Shown here: one piece after another, positions 12,601-28,181 of the stretch
How the letters are laid out: every line of letters starts with the position of its first letter
Position numbering within the stretch: position 1 is the first letter of the stretch
NCBI RefSeq assembly: GCF_009914755.1
Contig: NC_060927.1
Length of the DNA: 64,000 bases
Strand: one strand, 5' to 3'
Source of the DNA: the human T2T-CHM13v2.0 reference genome, Homo sapiens
Notes under the pieces: generated by a model
Told to the model about the DNA's origin: nothing
Databases searched by the model: none
What the model saw: the letters and a program-made list of their open reading frames with translations, nothing else
Translations under genes and position numbers: made by a program

Positions 12601-12896
12601 GGAGTGATCCCAGGCCTTCCTTTTGGCACCAGACACATATTTACTTGTTCAAGTGGAGCTCTGTGTAAGATTTCATGACCAGAGTTTAGGTGTGGGGTGG
12701 GGAGACTTCTGCTCTGAATCATGGAAGATGGCAGTCAAGTATGAAAATGTATATTCTTCTTCAGTTTTGAAAACAGATATAAAATAAATTAACATTTTTA
12801 TATTTATCTATATTTGCTTGGTAAGTAAACTTCTGGTTAAGCTCAATATGATTCCTAGGAGAAACAGAATTAGATGCATAGAGAACATCCATCCTC

Positions 12897-12922
12897 TGTG
12901 TGTGTGTGTGTGTCTCTCTCTC
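12897..12922. repeat. (TG)n(TC)n microsatellite
   Basis: Direct reading. Confidence 0.9.
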
Positions 12923-15876
12923 CCCTCTCCTTGGCAAAGAGCTCTCTGTCATGCTTCTGCACAGGCCAGTGAAAGCTCTGACCAGGCTAAACTAGTGTGA
13001 GATGGCAAGGCCATGACCTTATTAGAAAAGCCTCTCTCTGAAGTCTCAAACGACCCTAATACCAACGTTGAATTTGCCTGAGCCTGTCCTTTCTGATTTC
13101 CCCCAACACATTACACAGGAGCTCTCTGTCAAATTTGGTGCTGCCGATAATGAGCTAGTCTCTCAGACTTTTGTATTAAACGCAAGTTCTCCAGGAAACT
13201 TTTGAAAGTGCACAGGAAAAATACAGAGAAAATTGAAGACTAAAGGGAGTATGTTTCTGTTCTACAGCAATACATTTACCATGCAAAGCAATGTGTTTAT
13301 CTATACTTATGCTTTTTGCTTCTATTCTATATTAACCTCATCTGATTTATGCTAATTTTTGCCCAAGATGACAACAGAAGCAGAGAGTTATAGTCACACA
13401 GAGTATTTCCTTTACTATTACTCCACCTGCTGGAATTGCCCTTCACTGACCACAGATTCCTAGGACTGAGATTTGAAAAATGTGAAGAGAAAAGGAATTA
13501 GAATTATTTACATGCACGGACAAAACTGTTTTCTTAATATTGTTTTATTTAATATGTTAGTAATTTGACAAGAAATGAATAATTTTACAGTTTGAGACTG
13601 CTCAGTAACAATATAGACTGTTTTTATTATTTTATATTCTCAGATTCTGAGTCCTAGTTGCATCATGTAAAGTCTTATTTTGATATTAAAATGCTGAATT
13701 ATGCATTATACAATATGTATCATTTGCTTATCAAACAGGTATGCATGCTTTTGTTATCATAAAAATAAAATGGAAATATAATATGTATTCGCTGATGTTT
13801 CAGAAATGTGTTTACATAAAACAATTCTGGAGGAACACAATATTTTATGCAGACTAGTCCTATATATCAAGGTAATTAAAATAACTTTGTTATGAATATA
13901 ATATAGGAAATTTTGAAGTACTACAAAGTATAGATTCTAACTTAATAGGCTTTCCAGTTTATTTAGATTATATCATGGAAACCCTCACCTATATACATAT
14001 TTGCATTTATTTTTAGAAGCAGTTTACCTAATTTGCAATTTTGGGGTATCTGAAGAACACAATATAATTTTATTGCATTTAATTAGAATTTAATTGGAGT
14101 TAGTCTCAAATATGATGTGTGCATGGGGCACCTAATTGAGCAGGTAATTTGTCCATAGTCACACATATTTAAAATTGTATCTTAAAATAACATGGTGAGG
14201 TAAAATATTCTGAGATACTGCCAGTTATTTAGCTGACTCTACTTTACATTTTATTTATAAATGAATCAAAGTCAGCTGAATTTATGTATAAAGTCAATTT
14301 GAAAGTGATGTCTCTTTTCAATAATGTGGAAACAAATTGATACTTAACTAATGCTGAATGGTGTGTGTGTACCTGCATGTGTGTGTGTTTATATATGTGA
14401 ACTCTTATGTCGTCAATTTCCACATTTTCATTATCTTTTCTTGAACGCACATAAATAAAAATAACAGGACAGATGACTTTATAATAGGATATAATGTCAT
14501 TTTGGGCATCTTTCAACATATTCTTCTAACCAATAACTTAAGGAAGAGGCTGTTGATTTGATATTTTAAATTATTAAATAATAAAACAGATTAAAGACAT
14601 TTTATATTCTAGTAAGGAAAAATGTTTATTTCAAATTAGTTATGGACTAACGTAAAAGATGCAAATAATGTGATTATTAATTACTGTCATAAGAAGTGTG
14701 GCAAAAATAAAAGATGGCCCTGTGTTGTTTTTGACTTAAAAAGTACCCTTGTTTGAGCACATAATAAAATTAAGTTCTTTTTCTCTGCAACCCAATAAAA
14801 CATGTACCAAATGCAAGTGAATCAACACAGCTGGTTGCTAGCATTATGATTAGGGATGCACTAGTTTGGATAAAATAAGAACTGGCCTGAATCTCTGCCC
14901 AAAACTTGAACTAAAATGACATCAAAAAAAAAAAAAAATTAAAATAGTTTCAGAAACTCATTTTTTCTTCAAATTTCATATGCCCTGTTTTTACAATGAA
15001 AATTTGAGGACATCTTGTTACTTGATTAAATAGGAAGTACTAAAAAAATCAAATGAAACATATACCAAAATTTAATAATCCAAACTTAAAACCCTAAGTT
15101 GGATGAGTTTTACTGTTTTAAGTCCATTCATTTTGGGGTCTTTTTCTCTTTTTCTCAAGTAAACATTAAAAAAAAAAAGAAAGAAAGAAAAAAACTTTTA
15201 CTTAAAGACAAAAAAAACCTTAAACATTTAAGTTTTCAACAAGATTTTTGGGGAAGAGTATTGGATATTTTATTGCATGCCAATGTACATTTTGTTTTAT
15301 TTCCCATTTCAATGATCATTGCAGCATTGTTTAGATGAGTCATGTTCTGAGTAGACTGAATAAATACACAGCTGCCTGTTCTGCAATATGGATTAAAGTA
15401 GGGGTAAGGATCTCAATGAAAAGAAATGTGATTCAAGGTTGTATATTAGTATCAGAAACTCAATTGCCAAAAGAAGAATTAATACAGATGAGTAATCTAG
15501 AGGAATTCGCCTTACAGAATTAATTATTAAGGTTCCAACACTGCCACTTGCACTATCATTCACTTAAACTGGGACTCAGTAATAAATTAGGAACCACGTC
15601 ATAACACTTCAGTCTTCTTCCACCTACTGACCAATATCTCAGCATAGGGTCACATGAATTAAGGCCAATCAGCAGTTACTGGAAATATAGATTTTTAAAT
15701 AGAGCATGTAGAGAACCTCTGAGAAGCATATTACTCCTTGGACCAGAACAGGCTGAAAAGGTCAAACACAACTCTCCCTTTTTTATGGGAGGTGGTCAGC
15801 AATGTTCTGGAAAAGAGAAGGAAGAAAATGAGAAAAGTTAAAAAAAAAAAAAAGAAAAGAAAAAAAAAAAGGAGGA

Positions 15877-16850
<974 letters not shown>

Positions 16851-17346
16851 TTAACAAACATTAACTCAAGTTCTATGCTTAGGTCAGAAGATAATTTTGT
16901 ACAAACCATGTATACAAGGTACTGTCTGATCCTCACTGTGTGTCCCTTGAGGAACTTGGGCATGGGATATCAGAGCTAAGATTGTTACACGAGTAAATAA
17001 TTGGAATTTTTCTAATCCAGAAAACTTGTATTTTCTATCAGGGTAAATAAATAAATATTGATATTAAAACAGTATGCATTTTTCAAGTCCTATCATTTTC
17101 AACTCTCAATTACTTTCCACTTACTCGTTTTGTCATACCTATTCTAAAAATCTATTCAGCTAAAATATCTTTGTCCCATGAACACTTCTGGAAAAGACCT
17201 CAAGAATGTGCTTATTGTTGCCACTGAGGAACTATGGCCTGCAACCTCAAGTGGATACTTAGCACCATTTTGTGGTCATTCCAAAATTATCTAGGCTGAG
17301 CTTTCTCCAAAATTCCTAACAATTGCTGTTCTAAATGTTTACTCCG

Positions 17347-17718
17347 TGTTATGGACTGAATACTTGCTTCCCCCAAAAATGTATGTGTTGAAGCCCTAAT
17401 CCCCAATGTGATAACATTAGAAGTGGACACTTTGAGTGGTAATTCAGTTTAGAGGAAGCCATTATATGGGCGCCCCCATGGATCAGTGTCCTTATAAGAA
17501 AAGTAAGAGATCAGAGCTCTTTCTGTATCTCTGCCATGTAAGGACATAGTAAAAAGGCAGCCATTGGCAAGGCAGGAAGATAGTTCTCATAGGAACCAAA
17601 CTGGCTAACACCTTGATCTTGCACTTCCAACCCTCCAGAACTGTGAGATACAAATTTCTGTTGTTTCAGCCACCCAGGCTACGATATTTTGTTATAGCAG
17701 ACTGAGCTGACTAAGACA
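17347..17718 (+). mobile_element. MLT1A0-like MaLR solo LTR
   Basis: TGTTATGGACTGAAT...GTTGAAGCCCTAATCCCCAATGTGA...CCTTGATCTTGCACTTCC...CTCCAGAACTGTGAGA...GACTAAGACA. Confidence 0.9.
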
Positions 17719-18050
17719 CCCTGTTCCACCAGATCCTTCATGTCTCAAAACACATGACTTCACTTTCTAATTTTCATGTAAAATAGAGATAATGTTTCCT
17801 GCCTTTCATATCTGTAAATGTATCTTTTATTTGTATGCACCTCAAAAGGTGAGACTCATCTTTTGATGAGTCATCCTTCAAGTTCCACATCCAGTTCACT
17901 TTAATGCTATGTTGACTCTATCCTCTAAATATATCATAAATACTTTTTTTCCCTTTGAAGCGTCTTGGCTACTGCTCTTGACTTAGTGAAGCCCCACATT
18001 ACTGTTGGATAGCACTAGTGAATCACACACTTTAAAATAAAATTGGATTA

Positions 18051-18348
18051 GACCAGGTGCAGTGGCTCATGCCTGTAATTTCAGAACTTTGGGAGGCTGA
18101 GGCAGGATGGTTTCTTGAACCTAGGAGTTTGAGACTAGTTTGGGCCACAGAGCAAGACCATTTCTCTACAGAATATTTAAAAAATTAGCCAGGTATGGTG
18201 GTGTGTGCTTGTAGTCCCAGCTACTTGGGAGGCTGAAGTGGAGGATCACTTTAGCTAAGGAAGTTGAGGCTTCAGTGAGCCATGTTCCTGCCACTGCACT
18301 CCATCCAGGGTGACAGAGTGAGACCCTGTATCTCAAAAATAAATAATA
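18051..18348 (+). mobile_element. AluJ
   Basis: Dimeric Alu with GGAGGATCACTT; TSD AAAATAAAATTGGATTA / AAAATAAAATTGAGTTA. Confidence 0.92.
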
Positions 18349-19724
18349 AAAATAAAATTGAGTTAATTCTGATGCTCCACAGAATGGAGTAAAATTAAAA
18401 ATTGCTTTAAATATATATACACACATATATTTTTCTTGAGAGCAATTACTTTGCAATAGAATAACAGATGTTTAATTTCCTCTAAATAAATGTTATATTT
18501 ATCTGTTCTAAATATATAGTTAACACTAAGTGGAGGTAATCAAAGTATTTATTTGTTCTTTTAAACTCTTGATTATTTTATGTTGAACCTGAAAACTTAT
18601 TTATGTGTTGAGGTTCTAGAATTTGTTATGCCAATTACTTTATGAAAATAGCTACTATTTTACCCTGTTACCGATTCACTTACCAAAATTTGCTTACTAT
18701 TTAGTAGTATATTTGCCAGTTGGCAAAAACTTTAAATACTTTGCAGACTGGTAGAAAGTCTAAATCTGGGACAGTTCACATTTATCCCATAAAACATTAA
18801 ATTGAATATAGCAATTAGTTTTAGAATCCAGGAAAAGAATATAAAAATTTACAGTATTCTTTCTAGGCAATTGTTTTTACAAATGCTGAATTCATTACAA
18901 TGTTTTAAATTCAACAACAACAAAAGAATAATATTAACCATCTATGTGTTGTAGAGTACAAAACTTCCTATTCTGAAACAGGAGTATGTGCATCCAGTAA
19001 ATGATGATTAGAGATACATAAAATATCTTTCTATTCTTTGCATTCTCTTGATAGTTATGACACATCTGAGCTGAGCTTGAAAGTAAGGTCAGGAATTAAA
19101 AATAAATGTCTAAAAAAGTCAAAGAAAATACCTGGATGTTTAAGAGTGAAAGGAAGGAGAAAATAGTTTTAGAGAGAAGGGATATGAGGAGCAAAAAAGA
19201 AAAGATACACGATTGGGACTCTATGTGGGGAAAAATTTAAATATATATATATATATATATTCCAGTGTTGGAATACCTAAAAAGATGTTTAAGTGGTTAT
19301 TTCTGATTTTTCTTTTAAAGCTGTTTTATTTTTGTATTCTAAACTCATTTCATTGATCTAAGACCCAGAGAAGATGTATGGCAAACACAAGTGCTTTGTG
19401 TGATTTTGTATGTGTGTGTGGTTTTTTTTTTTTTTTTGAAATTTAGGAAATTGAGTAAATTCCATGTATAGACAAAATGAGGAATAGAAATAGCATTCAT
19501 AGAAAAGAGAGGCAGTGTTAAGTGGGATAATACAAAGCAGAACATCAAAAATCTAGGCAACATGAGAATTCATATCTCTAATAAAGAGGGTTGTAAACTT
19601 TTTCAGATTTAGCCTACCTTTCAGAGATCTGAAGGGCAAAGATAACCCAGTAGACATCAGAGTTATACATCAATATAAAGTATACACTTTCAGCTGTAAA
19701 TATTTGTTGATTTAAAGTAATAAT

Positions 19725-20125
19725 TAATAATTCATTCAACAAATGTCTACCAAACATTTGCTGTGTGCTAAAGCCTGTGAATGAAAAGCTAATGTAAACA
19801 ATACCTTATCTTCAACATCTCGACAGGGAAGAAGCATGTAGAAAGAGTGACAGTTGTGACAGGTGCTGAATTATAGAAATGCATAAGGGTCAGAGGAGCT
19901 CTGAAAATTTCTACCTTGGAACAAATCAGAGTTTTCATTAAGATATTAGCTTTTGAGTTAGGTAATGAAGAATTAGCAGGGCTTCTTGAAAAACAGAAGA
20001 TATGAGGGCCAGTGCAAAAACACAGAGGAATGAAAATAAAACACAATGGTATGTTCAAGATGACCTAAAGTTTGCTGTAACTGGAGTAAGGTGTACATTT
20101 GACACAGAGGCTGGAGATAACTGTA
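19725..20125 (-). mobile_element. L2 3' fragment
   Basis: TTCATTCAACAAATGTCTACC...TGTGTGCTAAAGC antisense L2 terminus followed by purine-rich L2 body. Confidence 0.65.
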
Positions 20126-20127
20126 AG

Positions 20128-20433
20128 CAATGCTGCCCAATTGAAATGTAATGCAAACCACACAGGTATATGTTTTCTAGAAGCCACACTTAAAAGGTAA
20201 AAATTACTAGTAAATTAATTTTAAGAATATATTTTATTCACCCAATATTCCCAAAATGTTATCATTTCAACATAGTCAATACACAAATTATTAATGAAAC
20301 AAATTGCACTGTTTTTGAATTCAGTCTTTGAAACCTGATTGTAATTTCTATTTATAGCACATCTCGATTCTGCCTAGCCATATTTCAGTGCCTTTTAGAC
20401 ATGGTGTTAGTGATTTCTCATTGGACAGCTCTG
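20128..20433. mobile_element. MER33 (hAT-Charlie MITE)
   Basis: CAATGCTGCCCAATTGAAATGTAATGC...TTTTCTAGAAGCCACA...TATCATTTCAACAT...TAGCACATCTC...ATTGGACAGCTCTG. Confidence 0.88.
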
Positions 20434-20496
20434 TTAATAGTACATGACATAGTTCCTTAATTAAGGTAATATAGAGATCCATTTTAACAGAAAAAA

Positions 20497-20576
20497 GCAT
20501 CACATACATGTAACAAAATTTCTCATGTACCCTATAAATGTGTACAAGTTTTTAAATAAATAAATAAAAGAAAAAT
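20497..20576 (+). mobile_element. Very short L1P 3' end with A-rich tail
   Basis: CATGTAACAAAATTTCTCATGTACCCTATAAATGTGTACAA...AAATAAATAAATAAAAG. Confidence 0.6.
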
Positions 20577-21740
20577 ATTCTCAGGAGTTCCCTACTTGGA
20601 CAAATTATTTTTATTTCTGATTAATTTTATATACACTATTAAATATGTGCAAGCATAAACCTAGTTGAACATCTCTCAAGCTTACAGCCCTTATATGTTT
20701 ATAGGATCCACACAAGTGTACATTTGTATAAAACGCTTACATGCCTATAATCAACATACATTTGATATGATGAATATGTTTTGCTTAAACGTAACCAATG
20801 CTTGAAGCATGCATAAAAACTTGGCTTCTTTGAGCATGTTCTTTTTAGCTCAACATCTGTCACATACTGATTTAAACTACTACATGGTTGCTAGTAAACC
20901 ACGTAGTGTTATTATTTGTTCTTTCTAGGCAAGAATGGATTTTTTTCTATATGGAGTCACCACTTTTCTTTTATTGGTTAATCTGCAAGTTATAATAGTT
21001 CAATAAGGTGTCAGTGTGATTTTAACAAACTCAAGCAATGAACTTCTTTGTCAGTTGGCTTTTGGCTGTATGAGCAATCATTCAGAAGATCCAGATATAT
21101 TAAATCTTGTAGATTATATCAAAGTGAAAACAAAATATTTATAAAATATGATAGAGAAGTCTTGAATTCCCTGTGATTTAGTTTGCAGATGCCCCTGCTT
21201 GGGAAATTCTGCTGCACGCTGCACTAGACTCTTTCTATGATATCTGAGTGGTAACAAGGAATCATTTAAAGTCCTTGGAGGTTTACAACATCATCTTTTA
21301 GTTTTAGGAAGAGAAATGCCTGTGAATGTAGATAGAGGTTGTACATATATGCAAGAAACATAATTCCAAACTCATGATATGTTTGATTGAGGGCTACAAC
21401 ATAATTTAAATATCCAAGTAGGTGTTAGCTTACTCACTGTGGGAGAGTAGCACTGTTAAAATACTGTTATTCAAGCCACATTTTTACATCCTTTTGGGGG
21501 GAATTGCCTTTAAAATGGCTTAGAGTTCTGAGAGAAAGTAAATTCCATTGTTTGTAATCTCCAAACTTTTACTACCAAATTATTTTCAAAAAATGAAAAC
21601 TCTTCACTACTGAGCATGATCAGCAGAGCAGTGAAATTTGAACGAGTCTATGGTCAGCCTGGGGTACTATTTTGAGAAAACAATATTCACTTGAATATAT
21701 ATGACTGGGAGAACTTTTTTTCCACGTTAAACAGAGTTTT

Positions 21741-22046
<306 letters not shown>

Positions 22047-22371
22047 AAACACAGTTTTTTAGCCAAGATTTGAGTAGCTCCTTTTTCAAATTTCTGATTC
22101 TTGCTGAGTACTTAAAAAATTGGTTATCAACTCTACCCTTAGTAAAATTAATAAATTTATTAAGTTTGATTATGTATAGCTTATTTGCTTGTGAAAAAAG
22201 AAGTCTAGAAAACTATTCAGTACCAGCTTCTAGACAGACTTCTCTTGCTAAATATTGATATATTCTTTGTCTGCACATATATGTGAGCACAAATTTGACT
22301 TGATGCACATCCACTCAGAAATGATATAACTTTCTTTTCCTTGTAAAAAGTTACTCAGAAACTGTTATATA

Positions 22372-22696
22372 TGTTACTGAAAGCAAGAGTTCCCTGACCC
22401 CACTTGCAGGTCGTGCGACAGCGGTATGGCTCCTCTCTTAGGCCACTGTGTGTGCTCAAAACCCTTATGGGATGGGGAGCACACAGATGGGCAGGCGCAG
22501 GAGCCCAGGGTCTGGGGTTTATATGGGTACAAGATAAGGGGGCGTGGCGGGCCAAAAGGCAACTTTGGGGCAAGAAAACAGGAATGTCTGTTTCCATTTA
22601 GGCATTTCAGGCCTGAGTTTCCAGGCTTGAGGGTGGGGCCTCTGCCAGGGAAGTGCCCTCTTCTACCCAGTATTTCCCTGTTTCCTGTCCATATCA
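22372..22696 (-). mobile_element. MER50-type ERV1 solo LTR, internally deleted
   Basis: TG...CA ends; minus strand TGATATGGACAGGAAACAGGGAAATACTGGGTAGAAGAGGGC...GGCCCCACCCTCAAGCCTGGAAAC. Confidence 0.8.
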
Positions 22697-23468
22697 TTAT
22701 TAAATAACATATTGACAAATTCACAGTCTCCATGATAAGATGCTAAATGTTACAAAATTTATGATTCCCTAAATACGATATTGATGACACATTCTCCTCT
22801 AAAATAATTTTCTCATACATCTATTTCTTGAATTTTATATTGAACACAAAATTCTCAATGTACCAAACAAATCAATAACATATTTATGTATGTTCAATAG
22901 AATTTTAAGTCCATGGTATATCAATTTGCTTTAGGAAAGTAAAAAAGTTCCAGGTTCAAATGATTTGAGGAAATTGTGAATTAAACCCCATTAAATAGAT
23001 TAATACTGAATATCTTTATTCTCATATTATAATAATTTGTTTTGTGTCTTTTGGATAGGAGTCTATATCCTGCAGAGCTTTACAATGTTTTGACCAAGCT
23101 ACCACTTTATTTTTCTACAGGATCACATATCAAGACCACTAAAAAAAAAATAATAATTCCTATTTTTTTAACATAATATTACCATCTGATGCTAATATGG
23201 ATATTTACTGCATAGGTGGGAGATTTTCTCAATGTTCGTATAAAGAGTTTTTATGCTCATACCAAGGACCAACATAAAATTAAATAATATATTTGTAATA
23301 TATCTGGTTTTATGTCATTGTATAAATTAATAACTATCATTAAATGACCTAAAAATAAATATTAGATCCTCAGCAGAACACGAAGTCCTAACGATAAAAT
23401 AAGTTTGCTTATCATTGATTGAGAAAATTAATGCTTTAAACTATTTATATTAATAAGAAAATAGAATC

Positions 23469-23860
<392 letters not shown>

Positions 23861-23934
23861 CTAAAAAAATAGTTAATTACCTTTGTTTGCTCTTTAATGA
23901 CTTGAAAATATTTGTCTCGGATCTGCTATAACTG

Positions 23935-26010
23935 GATCAATTCATCCATTATTCAAGAAGTATTTATTAAAAATCTACTATTTGCAAACATGTCCTAAAT
24001 GCTGAGCATAGAATGGGAAATAAAATCAAGTCATTATATCATGAAGTGGGGTTTTTTTGCATACTATAGTCAATAAGGAATAAACCAATAACTCTAATAT
24101 TTCTAATATTGACAAGTGCTTTGGAAAAAGATAAAGCAGAGAAGAGGGCAAGGAAGTACCAGGGTAGGGAGTAGGGTTACAATGTTAAGTAAGATTGGTG
24201 GGGAAGTTGTCAATTAGAAGGTAGAATTTGAGCAAAGTGCTGGAATAGATAAGAAAACAAGCATTTATGTGTCTCTGTAGTGGAAGAATATTTCAGACAG
24301 AAGATAAGAAAGGACAAAGTCACCCAGGAGGAAATTTGTCTAGTGTTCTCAATAAGCAGCAGGTATGAACTGAGTAAGGGGAGGAGTAGTTGGGGAAGAG
24401 GTCAGAAAAGTAATAAAAAGGAAAATAGATCATGTAGGGCCCTGTAGGGTATTGAAAAAAAAAACTTGGCTTTTACTGTAAGTGAGATGGGAAGCCATTG
24501 GAGGGTTTTGGGCAGAGAAATAACGTTATCTGACTTATATAAGAAAACAGTTTGAACATTGTTGGGACTAGGCAGTAGGGGAGAAAAGAGGACTAGAAAG
24601 ACAAGTTGGAATCGATATCAGTAATCCAGATTAGCAGTAACAATGGTGGGAACCAGGGTGTTCATGGTAGAGACAATGTAAATGGTCAGTTTCTGAGCAT
24701 GTTTGAAAATAGAGACAATAGTATTTTCTGACAACAGGCTGTGGGTATGGCAAAAATATTTTAGCTTAATCACTTAAAAAGATCTAGTTTCCGTTTATAA
24801 AAAATAAACAGACACACCAAAAACAAAGACTGGAGAAGGTGGAAGGACCATGGGAGATGACTATGAGACTTCTGAATGGAAATATTGAATTGATAACTGG
24901 AACTCAACATAGAGTTCAGAAGAGAAGTCTGAAGTAGTGATACCTGTACGGGGGTTGTCAGCATGGAGTAGGTCTTAAGGCAATGAGACTGAATAAAATT
25001 ACCAAGCGAGTGAAGACAGAGAATTAAAGAGGAGAAAGGATTAATCCTTAAGGCCCTCCAATGGCAAGACAAGAGAATAAAGAAGTGCTCAAGAAGAAAA
25101 CGAAATAACCAGGAAGGTAGGAAAGAACTATAAGAGTGATCTGGAAGCAAAGTCAAGAGTATGTTAAGATAGGCCAAGTCATAGGAGAATTGAGAACCGG
25201 TGACTGGTAGCTTTCATAAGAATAATCTTAAATGAAGTGGTAAAGACAACAGGCTGAACACAATGAATTCCAGAGAAAATGGAAGAAAGAAAATTAGAGA
25301 ACCAATAAAGGGAACTAAACGTTGAAAGTTTTTGCGTTAAAAATAGAGCAGGGAAATGGAGTATTGTCAGAAAGACATATGGAGCCAAGAAGTTTGTATT
25401 TTAATTTTATTTTTTTAAATAGGGAGAATTACAGATAATTGATATGCTGTTGGAAGTAATTCAGTAGAGATTAATTAATAATGATGTACCAGAATGAGAA
25501 AAGAATTACTAAAGTCATGCCTTTTTGTGGATGAAAAAGAACAGGGTGAAATGCATATGGGAAGGATTGATCTCAGAACATAATTCATGCATAATAACAG
25601 AAGGGAAGGAGCATGGAGCAGGTAGATTGGTTGAAGCTGGTGAAAATTCTTTCCTGATTGCTCTTTTCCTGCTCAGTGAAATAGGAAAGAAGGTTACTGG
25701 GAGTGATAACTCGGGAGACAGAGCTAGAAGTCTGGAGAGAAAAAGAAAAACAATAGCTTTCTGAAGAGCATGGGGTATTAATTGGATTTAGGAAAAAGCA
25801 GTTTGATTGTTTAGCACCACTAAAGGGCACACTGGAAGTTTAGTGATTATGAATTTAAAGTGTGCCCAGCACCATGGTTGGCTATTTTTCTCCAAGCATA
25901 TTCAGCTGTATTGATACAGACATAGAATAAGCAGTGAGTTGTACTTAACTAGAGGTGGAGTTTTGCTAAATTAGTATGATGAGTAATAACAGGAGTAGAA
26001 AGTGAAAGGT
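23935..26010 (-). mobile_element. Long L2 fragment (about 2 kb)
   Basis: TTCATCCATTATTCAAGAAGTATTTATT terminus; GTGAGATGGGAAGCCATTGGAGGGTTTTGGGCAGAG and other L2 hallmarks. Confidence 0.8.
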
Positions 26011-26059
26011 CAGTGATCAATTTCCCACATGTATAACTTATTCACCTGGTACTGCTCAT

Positions 26060-28180
26060 TCTAATATCATTATTCTTTAAATAATATTAGTAGTGAAATT
26101 CAACACTATAAAGGGGTATAAAGGTAGAATAAACAAATTCTCATTAAAACCCATTCTAATTCCAGGTTTCAGAGGTAGCCACTATAAATAGTTTTGTGTC
26201 TATCCTTCTAGACATTTTCTATGAATACATAAATAGGTAGTTTTTTTAAGCAAAATATTGCTTCTCACTATTCATATGGTTCTGGTACTTACTTTTTTTC
26301 ACTCAGCAATAAATCACAGGCAGACTTCCATGCTGGTACTTAAAGATCTATCTCATTCTACAGTGACATAATATGCTATTGTTTTTGTGAGGCGTAATTT
26401 ATTTAAATAATCACTTTTTGATTTAGGTTATTTCCAGTTTTTGCTATTATGGGTAATGCAAAAGTGAACATCCTTATTCACAGAAGTTTATTTGTCCTTG
26501 TATTATTTCTCTAATGCAGATTACTTGAGGAAGGATTGCTTAGTCAGAGTATGTACTATTTCATAGTTTTTAGTAAATGAGTAGCCGAAAAGCATAACCA
26601 TTTATTCTCTTCCACATTCTCATCAACACTAGATATTTAAAAAAAGATAATTCATTTAAGTATATATTTATTATTCTAAAGAGTTTCAGCACCACTTTTT
26701 GTTTTACATTTTTAAAACTATGAAACATTTTAAATATATCAAAAAATTATATAAAATACGTGTAGGTACTGATAAGTTTGAAATGATTTTAATAGTTGAC
26801 CATTGCTGTCTCAGGTCTCTAGTTTTTTTTTTTTTTTTTTCTATTTATGTCCTTTGGAAAATAGAATTTCCATATACAGTTTAATTCTGACCCTATATTT
26901 TCTCCTTTCTTTTCCCCACTTCAGGTAAACATTATCCTGAAGAATTTTTTTCTGTTTAACGTATTATATTTCTTACAGTTATCTTTTCGTCTTCATTCTC
27001 CATTAGTATGTAAGCAACATTATGGCAGTGACTCATGTTCACTTTGAATCCCCAGTCCCTAGGATGAAAACGGCATATTTTAGGTACTCAATAAATAAAT
27101 GTCAAAAGAATATTGAATGATTTAATAGGGGTATGTATTCACACTCATGTTTTACTTTTACCAAAACATATGTAACAATATTTTGTATATTCTACAAAAA
27201 ATTATAAATGTAATCATAATGTATATTTGCTTTTGAAAATGTTTTTGACTTAACATTAGGTTTTTGAAACCTAGTCATGTTAATACTTTTTGATATAGTT
27301 CATTCATATGAAACTTTTGGTACTATTACAATACTTATTCTCATTAGAATGGTTTATTCATTTCCATACTAAGGAGCAGTTAGGTAGTTCTATTTAGGTT
27401 GTTTCTTACTTTTTCACTTACAAATGAGATAGCCAAAAAACAATTGCCCGGCCATAGAGTAATTATACTAGTATTGCTCATTCTTCTTTAAAGTTTTTGT
27501 ATTAATTTATATCCTTCCAGAATTTGAGTGCGTCTACATCTTCACCAACTCTTTTTACACAAATTGTGCCAAACTAGTGAGACTAAATTGCACATAATTA
27601 TTATTGTTTTATTACACATTTGCTTAATTCACTATCTGATTGAGGATCTTTCAAATTTTATTGGTTATTTGGATACACTGGGTTTTTTTAGGGGCCTGTT
27701 TATATTTCTTTTTTCCCCACATCATCACATCATTGCCTCTTCCTTACTAACTGAAAATATATCACATATAGTAAATATATGTATATACGTTGTATATACG
27801 TGTGTGTATATGTTTGTGTGTATTGGATACTATTCCTCTACCTAGAAATAGTCTATTTTGGTGATAGCACTTTTGATGCAAAATGATCATTTTTCAGAAT
27901 TTTCTCTTTTCCTTTATAAAGCTATTTTTTTATTTTTTCTTACCCAAGGACATAAATGTTGTTTTATTTTCATCTAAAAAGTTTTATATGCTTGTAATAA
28001 ACCTTTATTATTGATAAGTGTACATCTCCCATAATTTTTATAAACAAAATGAAGAAGTATCTGGAGATGATGAAGATCTGAAGGTATCTTCACCTGTCCT
28101 AGAATGCTCACTGATCAGTTCATCCTTTGTTATCTGACCTGTAATGTTCACAAGATTACATACAAAGCACCCACATATTT
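26060..28180 (-). mobile_element. Fragmented ancient L1ME 3' region, with an L2 piece at about 26980-27120
   Basis: TTTAGGTTATTTCCAGTTTTTGCTATTAT...GTGAACATCCTT; CCACATTCTCATCAACACTAGATATT; boundaries approximate. Confidence 0.55.
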
Positions 28181-28181
28181 C

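Noticed and set aside
24770-25830. Cluster of 69-135 aa ORFs
   Set aside because: They lie inside a degenerate L2 and show no recognisable domain or exon structure.
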